Below are positions 54,301 to 64,000 of a stretch of 64,000 bases of DNA, one piece after another. The notes beneath the pieces were generated by a model that saw only the letters and a program-made list of their open reading frames with translations, did no database searches and was not told the origin of the DNA. Every line of letters starts with the position of its first letter. The first letter of the stretch is position 1. A program made the translations under genes and the position numbers. Source of the stretch: the human T2T-CHM13v2.0 reference genome, Homo sapiens; NCBI RefSeq assembly GCF_009914755.1, contig NC_060933.1, one strand, 5' to 3'.

Positions 54301-55744
54301 AGACAAACGGTATTCCCGGTGCACTCTCAGCTTCAGTTTCTTTCCTTATAAAATCACAATGAAACCTCCCTGACAACAGCATTTTTCTTATGAATCGATA
54401 ATCTGGGCAAAGCTCTTAGTTTAGGACCTGGCACACAGTATGTGCTCGGTAAGCATTAGCTCTCTTTATCATCACTTGACTGGTGGTGGCTCTCTCTTCA
54501 GCTACAAAACGAGGGTAACATGTGCTTCATAAGGTTATTGTATGAGTTAAATAAAATATGCCTTCTCTCATGCATTCCTTTGTCAGCCAGCGTTTACCAA
54601 GCAGCTCCTGTGTGCTCAGTTCTAGATGCTGGAGATTGAGCTCCTGGAGCAAGACACACTTCCTGCCCTTGAGGCGTTAGGCCTGATGGGGAGTCAGATT
54701 TGAAATACACAAATGATGCAAACAAGTGTCTGTGTGCGGTTGTGGGGTGTGCCAACTACATGTAGAGCTCAGCACTGTGCCTGACATGGTACAAGTGGAA
54801 GGTGGTTATTCTTATGATTTCATTATAGTTTAGGCTTATACATATCTCTGTTGTGGACTAATACAGTACTGAAAAGATTTCTGTGGATTTGTGCAGCGTT
54901 AACTGTAGGAGACTTTCTGCTTGTGCTGTGGTTTTCATTGTGGGAGTGAAAGGCTGTTTATAGGGAAGTTCTTTCTAGGCATTGCCTAGGCTCAAGGTCT
55001 CCCCACATCACTGGAGCCAGGAGGCTTCCTTTTGAGGGGTGCTCTACCCAGTCCGCAGCAGGTATGGCCTTGGCTCACACTCCTGGGTCTTGAGGAGTAG
55101 GCAGGTGTGGGCATCTGCACGTTTTGTAGAGGGGAATTATGAACTCTGTGGGCCTCAGTTTGCAGAGCACCACTCAGGGATCCACTTCCAGGAACCCAAG
55201 AGGAGGCCCAGTGTCCGGCACCTGTTCTCACAGGGCAGCACAGGGTGCACCTTTCATGTTGAGGGTGTTACTTGAGAAAAGGCAACTCCCTCTGTGTTTC
55301 TGATGACCAGTGGATGGGAACATGGGTGCAGCAGCCTGATAGACCTGGGTTCAAATTCCATCACCCTTGCTGTGAGGCCTTGGGCAGGTTTCTTAATCTC
55401 TTTGAGCTTTAGTTTTCTCCTCCTACTTTCCAGGGTTGGTGGCAGGATCCCATGAGACAGGAGGGAAGTTTCTGTCTTGGATTTGATACCCAGGGAGCAA
55501 GTTGCCTTTCCCCCCATCCTGCTCTCCAGTTTCTCTGCTTCTAGGCTGAGCTTTCACTCTGCCACTCTGAGCCAGCTGGGCCGAAGTCTGCACATTGCGT
55601 CTGGAATAAAGCTGCCCTATGTCCCACATCTCTTCACTCCCTGCCATGCACTAGAGGATGCTTTTTGTTGTGGTTGAAGCAGTAATAGCATTTTTCAGGA
55701 TTGCCGTTGCTGACGCTTCAGGGTGGTAACTGAGTTACATTTTT

Positions 55745-55770
55745 TTTTAAATTGTGCACATGTACCCTAA
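55745..55770 (-). mobile_element. Ultra-short inverted L1 insertion (26 bp)
   Basis: T-run plus attgtgcacatgtaccctaa (L1PA 3' terminal sequence) between perfect 17-bp repeats aactgagttacattttt. Confidence 0.85.
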
Positions 55771-56666
55771 AACTGAGTTACATTTTTAAGAGAGGAGAAG
55801 AAAAACAAGGTGAAGAGAAAGAATAAATCTGTGGATTCAAACTCACCAAACTTGGAGCTTCTCTACAAGGGAAATTATTTCTAATTATTAAAATTTTGGA
55901 AACATGGTACCACCAGGAAGAAAGGAAGTGGAAATGGCTCCTGTGAGAAGTATTAGCATATGTTTCTGTGATTTAACAGTTTCCCGTAACAATGTGCATC
56001 TATTTTAAAAGCAGACGAATGACTCATGGTATCTAGCACCAGTGCTCCACTGTAATGGCAGGAAGTGTGTACCCTGGAGGAGGCAGGCTTGGGTTCAACT
56101 CCTGTCTCTTTCATTTACCAGCTGCATGACCTTGAGCAAGTTACACATCCTCTCTGAGTTTCCTTTTCCTTCTCTGTAAAATAGCTTGTTAGAAGGATAA
56201 ATCAGATAATGAACATATAACTCTTAGTGCAGTGCTCATCTATCCATGCACAAACCCTCACAACTTTTATATAATTAACCAAGTTAATTCCAATATTTGT
56301 AATAATTCTTAGTTGTTTAATAGTAAATTTTTAAGGCTATAAATTTCCCCCTGATTACCATTTTGGTCAGAACCCATAAGTTTTGATATGTAGTATTCTC
56401 CTTGTCATTGTCTTCAAATAGATTCTTCAAACAGATTTTTTATTTTTTCTTTGACCTAAGAGTTATATGAGTGTGTGTGTGCATGCGTGTGTGTTTTCAA
56501 ATGGTTAGTTTTTTTTCTGTATTTATTGTTAAATCCTAGATGTAGTAAGGTCAATGAAAGTAGATAATATAGCATTTACTTTTTAGGACTTACTGAGGTT
56601 TTCTTTATATACAATCAATTTTTGTACTCCATGGGTACCTGAAAAGAACTATATTTTCATTTATAG

Positions 56667-57281
<615 letters not shown>

Positions 57282-57326
57282 TAAAACTTGTTAACGTTGT
57301 TACTGTAATACTGTATCATTGCATTA

Positions 57327-57385
57327 ATATATATATGTGTATATGTATATATATGTGTATGATGTATACATATATGCTTATATAA
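57327..57385. repeat. (TA)n/(TG)n low-complexity microsatellite
   Basis: atatatatatgtgtatatgtatatatatgtgtatgatgtatacatatatg. Confidence 0.85.
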
Positions 57386-57850
57386 ATTCTGGAAAAGACA
57401 TACCAAAGCCTCCCTCTATGGTTGTGTTTTTGTTGAACTCACTTTTCATTTCTAACTTTTTTATGCTATGTATTGTTTGATGTGTTGTTTCTTTATGCAT
57501 AGAAATTTGTAACCATTAGATCTTCTTGATCACCTGGACTTTTGTTTTTTAGAGCAAGCACTCTTCCTTGCTTTGCTTAATGTTTTCTGCCTTGAATTCT
57601 GCTTTATGTCACTTCTCCTGCCCAACTCTGCCAGTGTGGTGGGCACAATAGCAGTGCTCCTGGAGGGCAGCTGAAAGGACGTTCCATCCTTGGCCCATGC
57701 ACATCTCCAGGTGGTCTGAAGCTCGGCCCTGCAGCTAGTCAGCCAGCTGAGAGCTGTGTAGTGGCTGAATAGCCAGCGGCCCTTCCCCTTCCCCAGCCAG
57801 GCAGTTTGTCCTCAAATCCCCCCGGCTTATCACTGGCCTGTGATGGATCT

Positions 57851-58846
57851 TACTAAGATTCTTTTAGACATAGGTTTGATCTTCAAAAGCTTTGCAGACT
57901 ACATGTTACTATTTCTGTAACATAGCTGTATTTTTATTTCACATCTTATTTTCTTATTAAGCACGATTGGCCAAATTCTCTAGCTTTAGGGGGAATTTTT
58001 TGTACTGAGAGCTGTTGCTTTTTTAATTTTTTCTTTTGTTTCTTAGTTAATGTATGGTGAGGTAGGGGTAGGGGAACAGATAGACAAATAGACAGCTGGG
58101 CAAATAAAGAAGAAACTGAATTCAGCCCAAATGGGTGTTCTCCTGGACATGGCACCTTAGACCTATTAAACTTCAGCAGTTGGTAAGAAACACAAGTATT
58201 CATCCCTTTCATGTCCTGTTATTTTCTAGTTGGGTTACAGGTAAAAGCCTTATTGCTGGAGAGTATTTGAACTAGAAATGCTAAAATCTTGCCAGCATAC
58301 ATTTTGGTTGTTGCTCAGATGTTTGATTTATAGTTGGGCAGTGCTGTGTGAAAAAATTAGTAATCAGGATTGGAATTAAAGTCCAAATATTATCTCAGTT
58401 TTCCATAAGTCACCCTTTATATTTTTTAGCAGATCAGTACTATTTTGTGCTATTTTGTTCTGGTTTGTGGTAAGCTCCTTCCATCATGAAATATCTTCTT
58501 TAATTTTAGGAATCTATCTTCTGGATTTAATCTACATTGATTCTGCATATCCTGCCTCAGGCAGTATCATGGAAAATGAACAAAGATCCAATCAGATGAA
58601 CAATATTCTTCGAATAATTGCTGATTTACAAGTTTCCTGCAGCTATGGTTAGTACCCTTGTTGTTAGAATTGTGAAATCTTACGTCATTGAAATTTGGGT
58701 CTTACCAGTGAGAAAGCTCTAGAAACCTTTCAAAGAACTACAAAGTTCCTCATTTTAATATCTCGAGCATCAAACATGTACTAGATCCTTTTATACATAG
58801 GTTTGATCTTCAAAAGCTGTGCAAACTAGGTGTTACTATTTCTGTA
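57851..58846 (+). repeat. Dispersed ~68-bp direct repeat pair (57851-57919 and 58779-58846) flanking the 138-nt RALGPS1 exon
   Basis: Both copies share the identical cores acataggtttgatcttcaaaagct (24 bp) and tgttactatttctgta (16 bp). Confidence 0.9.
58510..58647 (+). CDS. RALGPS1: Ras-specific guanine nucleotide-releasing factor RalGPS1, internal exon (138 nt, phase 1-1; recalled as exon 9), CDC25/RasGEF domain
   Basis: Acceptor tcttctttaattttag|GA and donor TATG|gttagt. Translates as (G)[45 protein letters not shown], containing the RasGEF PYLGxYLxDLxxID-type motif. Confidence 0.96.
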
Positions 58847-61119
58847 TTACAGGTGAGGAAATTGAGGCTGAAAACAGTTTAGTCACTTGTCCACAATCAC
58901 GCGTCTAGTGAGTGGCAGAGCTCAGGTCTTTCTGGCCCCTGGGTCATTCATTCATGAAGAGCTTTCTGGGCAGCTCTCCTCCAAGCAGATTCGGGGACCA
59001 GCCTTCATTGTTCTGTGACTCTGCTGTCTCCCATGGCCTCAGAATCCTCCACTGGACTCTGCATCCAGCTGGCAGGTGCAGGATGAGAGAGAACCATATA
59101 TGGGTGGGTTTTATGGTCCAGGCTTGCAAGCAGTGCAGGCCACTTTTGCTGACAGGGGCTAGGAGATATAATCTAGCTGTGGGCCTGGGAGAAGGGAAAT
59201 GATGTGGTAAGCGACTGGCCACACTCTGCTGCACGTGGCCAAATCCACAGTGTGCCCATGATGGTGGGGTGTGTAAGAGGGATGGAGAAAATCATTGGAG
59301 ATGATGTCAGAATGCTGGATGGGCCATCCATGTGGGGATTGATTTCACCCTAGAAGATGGCAGACTTGGGGTGTGGAGCTTGACTATGAGCCAGGTGCTC
59401 AAGTCTTCTGGGAATTAGCACTGATGAGCAGGCGGTTAGTCAGCGGAAGTCAGCCGTGAAGGGGGTGTGGTGCATGGGGGGTGGGGCTCTAGGCACCTGC
59501 CTCTGGGGAGCAAGGCTTTCACAAGAGGGCAGAGGAGTAAAAGTCCGGAAGCACCAAAGAAGGGTGGTAGGAAGGAGCCTAGCCTCACTTGCTGTGCGTA
59601 GGGTGTGAGAAAATCCACAGCCTCCGTTTGGGAATGTCACAGGGAAGCCAGGGTGGGTTCACCAAAGCAAGAGCCCTGCTCACCAGCCCCTCCACAGCAT
59701 CCCCAGGCAGGGTGGGGGTTCCCACACTTCAGGGCCGCTTTCCTCTGACAGGAGGGGTAGGAGGCACCTGTATTCCCAGTGCAGGTTTCGCCTGGCCTGG
59801 GCCATCTCCAGCACAAATACATTGATACTTGTTGTTCCATTGGCCAGCAGAGCAACCACAGACATGGGCTTCAGGGTCAGATGGACTCCGGTTCCTATTC
59901 CAGCTTTGTCTCTTGAAAAGTCACTTTCTCCCCTTGAAGGTTTTCTCATGCATGAAAATGGGGATAGGATTCATGCAGAGCCCTTAGCACAGTCCCTGGC
60001 ATTTCATGAGAGCCCAGCAAATGCTCTCTTACCACTGTTCACCTTCACCTGCGTCATCTCCATCAGTTTTGTAAAACAGGTATCATCCTCACTTCAGAGA
60101 GAGGACACTGAGGCTTCAGAGAAACAAAATGATCTGCTCAGAATCTCGCTATGAAAGGCCAGAGCTATCGGGTGCTCATGCTGCACCTGGACGCACCTCT
60201 CCAGAAAGCGAGGGTCCTTCCTCGCCCTCTTTTCTGTTCCTCTTCACGACCTCCTCTACTCCCTCCACCTCTCCTCTTGGCTTGTTCTGTCCCACCCAGT
60301 GGCCCTCTCAGAAGGAGTGCAGTGACTGTGAAGGTCTGCAGAGAGCAGCTGACACCAGTCCCTCCAGAAACGGGCAACACCGTGTGGCAGAAGCCTTCCA
60401 TCACCTGAAGTCCCAACCCAGCTCTGCCCTTCTCAGCAATGCGACCTGTGCAGGTTGCCACAGTTTCTTCCTCTGTGCAATGGGGATATTGTTTCTCCCA
60501 CGTGAGGCAGGTGTGAAGGTTAACAAAGATGACTCCTATAAAATTACCTGCTGCAGAGCCTGGTACAGGCATGTTCAGGTGCCTGGACCCCTCCCTTTCT
60601 TCCTAGGGTGCAGCAGCTCCAGTCATAGGCCAGCTTCTGGGTTAGGCCTCCACACCTGGCTGGACAGGGTCTGTTCATTCATTCTTGAATTCATGTCACA
60701 CAGCTGGTGGGTAGATATAGGAGGCTTGCCCAGTTACCCCAATGGAAACCTGTTTTAGGGCACAGACACCTGGCTCTGGTCTGTTTTGGAGGCCAGGGAG
60801 CCATCTTTCCCCAGTCCCTGATATCTGAGTGGAGGTGCAGCTCCTCCTTCCTGGCTAAAAAAACATGGTGGCCTCAGAGTGTGGTGACTGAGGCCCGGTC
60901 ATCTGGGGGGTACTCCTTGAGGGCAGAACCCAGGCCTGATGATCCCTCTGTTCCAGTGGCCAGCACAGGGCCAGTCCCCAAAGAGCATCAGCAACTGCTG
61001 GAAGAGTGAATGAGTCTCAGTATCCTGGGAGCATCTAAAATCATGATTTCTATGCTTCTCATCTGGGGGCCTAAAGATGGGAGAGCCTAAAGTTTCTGGA
61101 TGTGGTCCACCTTTTGCAG

Positions 61120-61213
61120 ATCACCTCACCACCCTGCCCCATGTGCAGAAGTACCTGAAGTCCGTACGCTACATTGAAGAGCTCCAGAAGTTTGTGGAAG
61201 ACGACAACTACAA
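61120..61213 (+). CDS. RALGPS1: RalGPS1 internal exon (94 nt, phase 1-2; recalled as exon 10), end of the RasGEF domain
   Basis: Acceptor ccaccttttgcag|AT and donor CAA|gtaagt. It splices in frame to the previous exon, giving (D)[30 protein letters not shown](K). It is absent from the ORF track. Confidence 0.95.
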
Positions 61214-62076
61214 GTAAGTCCCCACGTATTCCTGTGTCAGGCCTCCCAGCCCCACTTTTGTCCTTAGTGCTCAGGTCCCTGCAAGTGGCCTAGCCCTTGT
61301 TGGGACCAGTGAGTAGCCACCTGCAGGGCTTATCAGAGTCCACAGCAGTAGCGCCCAGGCCCCAGCACACACAAGCACACGCGTGCAGTGTGATCTTTGA
61401 CCTCACAGCCCCGCAGTGGTGATGTCTGAACAGCTCTCATACCCATCTCTGCCCCATCCTCATGGGCCCCCCAGTTCAGAGTAAGGTGTTGTGTTAACTT
61501 CTCAGTATGGCTTTCCCACATGGCGTGGATAATATGAACTTGGACCCCACAGCTGTGAATGGCACAGGCGTGGTGCTCTGGTTCTCACAAGTGACTCCCC
61601 CACCCACAGTGCTGGGTGGCAAGGCAGCTTCCAGCCATATCTCCAGACTAGCAAACAGAGTTCTCCAAGAGCCTGTTTCATGGATGAGACAGTTCCTTAT
61701 AACTCTCAGCTCTCTGCAGTATTCAAGGCCCTACCTCCTTCCCCGTAGAGCCCCTGTGGAGTAGACCCAGTTCTCATAACAAACCCATGGGCCCTTTGGC
61801 CTCATCTTCCACTAACCCTGCTGAGGCTTTCAGTTCTTTCTTCATTTGTGGCATCTGGGAATTTATCCAGCATTTCTATGTATTTGGAGGGAAAAGAAGG
61901 ATTTTTTTCGTGTTAACTCTGTCTGCCATACTGCTTGGCAAGTCCTCTTGGCCCATTTTCAGCTTGATTGAGACTAACTAAGAACCTCAGTACTTTTTCA
62001 TATGACCTGGTATTAAGGCAAGTCCCAGCCATCTTGTAATCAATCATTTACCTCTTAAATGTCAACTTCACATTCA

Positions 62077-62435
62077 CAGATGGTCCCCAACTTAGGATGG
62101 TTCAACTTAACGATCTTTCAACTTTACAGTGGTGCGAAAGCAACGCACATTCAGTAGAAACTGTACTTTGAGTACCCATACAGCCATTCTGTGTTTCATT
62201 TTCAGCACGGTATTTAATAAATGCCATGAGATATTCAACACTTCCTTATAAAATAGGCTTTGTGTTAGACGATTTTGTAAGCTCTTATAAGTGTTCTGGG
62301 CACATTTAAGGTAGGCTAGGCTAAGCTATGGTGTTCGGTAGGTTAAATGTATTAAATGCATTTTTGACTTGTAATATTTTCAACTTATGATGGGTTTATT
62401 GGGATGTATCCCCGTCGTAAGTTGAGGAGCATCTG
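62077..62435 (-). mobile_element. MER47A-like TcMar-Tigger DNA transposon, near full length
   Basis: Inverted termini cagatggtccccaactta... / ...taagttgaggagcatctg, with TA on the right flank. Internal taaggtaggctaggctaagctatg matches the recalled MER47A consensus. Confidence 0.85.
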
Positions 62436-62699
62436 TATTCTTTTAAATCTTATCTTATGATGGCTTCCAATATGCCATGATTCCTTGGAATCTTGTTATT
62501 CCAGTATATTTTTTATCTCTTCCAGTTTTGTGTCTGTGAATTTAATTAGCCAGACTGCATGGTCTTCATCTAAGTTCGTGAAAACTGTAGAGAACTGTAG
62601 CCACAGAGACAACCCCCACGTTACCCACAGTTCACTCACCAGGAAAGACCCTAAGGGGAACGGATGTTCAAGCAGTGTCCCACCTGGTCAGCTTTACAG

Positions 62700-62820
62700 G
62701 AGTGGTCTGCAGCCGTGGCTGTGAACCAGAGTCACCTGGGAAACTCTAACCATCCAGATGTCTGGGGTGGGGCCTGAAAAATCTGTATTTTTTCAAAGCT
62801 CCCTAGGTGGTGCTAATGAT
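62700..62820. mobile_element. MER5-like hAT-Charlie fragment
   Basis: cagagtcacctggg...tctggggtggggcctgaaaaatctgtattttttcaaagctccctaggtg. Confidence 0.6.
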
Positions 62821-63907
62821 CTTTTGCAACATAGACATAATGCTTTTAGTTGTTTTATATAATAATTTGTTAAACTATAATAAGAAATTGTGATCTGTTA
62901 CCCAATAGTAACAACAATAGATGAAAGCCAGAGATTACCATTAAAATTATGCTTACCACAAATCAAGCTCATTTTATTTATTTACGAAGCATTGGCTCTT
63001 CCTGAAAAGAGTGCCCTGGAGTACAAAATTATTCCCACTTAGTTTCTGGGATAATATTTTCCATTTATGCACCAGTATTGTGATAAAGGAGACAATGGTT
63101 TTTCATTAACACTAATATGCTTTAGACAGAAAAATGGCCTATAAGTACTTCTGACCATGAGATAATCTTTGGACAAACTGCAAATCATGAGTAATTACTC
63201 CTTCTACTTTGAAGGAGTAACGCCTCAGCACCTGATGCTAAACAACAGTCAGCCTAGCTCTTTGTTGTGGTCAAAGTGGACAAACCCAGGGAGGAGGCCT
63301 GCATTCTCACCCCCGGCCCTCAGACCATCTAGGGAGTTCCTCCTCAGGGAGGTCCTGGCCCCAAGGGGCAAGAGATGGGCAGAGCCTGTGATTCTGCTTG
63401 AGGACCCACACTCCATGGCCCAACTGACATCTGGAGGCTGGCTCCTCACCCACAAGGATGCAATGGCTTAGTTATTACCTTAGTGACATTGCATTGCTGA
63501 CATTCTCCCCCATCTGCTTTGGAGATGTTATGCCAAGAGGTCCAACCAGTGCTTTATTCCCCACAGCCTTTATTCTATTTTATTTTATTTAAGAAAAATT
63601 ACCCAATTTCCCATTACCTAGAAAGCATGACCATTAGCATTAAGTGAACATACTTTTGGACATTTTTCTATGCATAGAAAATGTGTATATATGTAGGGAA
63701 GGATGGATAGTTGGATGGATAGAAGGATAGAATATTAAAATTGGATTCTACTACACTGGCTATTTTTAATTTAAAATACTAACTTTAATTTCATTTTAAT
63801 TTAACTAGAAAAAAACTTTCATGTGAAAAAAAATGCTGCTCTTTAAATATTTATTTACCAAAAGAGAGATTATTTTCCAAAAGAGCCTTCTAAAATTAAT
63901 AAAAGAG

Positions 63908-64000
63908 GGCCGGGCACAGTGGCTCATGCCTGTTCACGCCTGTAAGCCCAGCACTTTGGAAGGCCAAGGAGGGCGGATCACCTGAAGTCAGGAGTTCAAG
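63908..64000 (+). mobile_element. Alu 5' end, cut by the window edge
   Basis: ggccgggcacagtggctcatgcctgt...cccagcactttggaaggccaaggagggcggatcacctgaagtcaggagttcaag. Confidence 0.95.

Noticed and set aside
60129-60758. 209-aa ORF between the two RALGPS1 exons
   Set aside because: No homology I recognise, it starts within a MIR-like sequence, and the flanking exons already splice in frame without it.

Overview
This is primate genomic DNA, almost certainly human (Alu and L1PA elements present). I recognise it as the RALGPS1/ANGPTL2 locus (chromosome 9q33, from memory). The + strand carries two RALGPS1 coding exons from the C-terminal part of the CDC25-type RasGEF domain (58510-58647 and 61120-61213). 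They follow a very long intron that covers at least positions 1-58509. Nested antisense in that intron is the 5' part of ANGPTL2: a GC-rich promoter (~15.1-15.9 kb), a non-coding exon 1 (14758 to ~15080), a 13.5-kb intron 1, and the first coding exon (358-1223, ATG at 1174), which encodes the signal peptide, coiled coil and linker. The rest is intronic sequence dense in MIR, L2, L1, Alu, MaLR-LTR and DNA-transposon relics. Nearly all other ORFs in the supplied track are spurious. There is no CRISPR array, rRNA, tRNA or prokaryote-type system, and I found nothing I can defend as a new multi-gene system. The best second-look observations are small-scale. (1) Four uORFs, including an AUG-UGA start-stop element, in the ANGPTL2 leader. 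(2) A 26-bp twin-primed L1 insertion with a perfect 17-bp target-site duplication (TSD). (3) A templated insertion with a snap-back arm at 35.35 kb. (4) A duplication-plus-inversion hairpin at 44.1-44.3 kb. (5) A ~68-bp direct repeat bracketing the 138-nt RALGPS1 exon. (6) A candidate frame-shifting micro-exon 40 nt upstream of that exon. (7) A MADE1 (miR-548-type) hairpin. Repeat subfamily names and exon numbers come from recall, not from a search.
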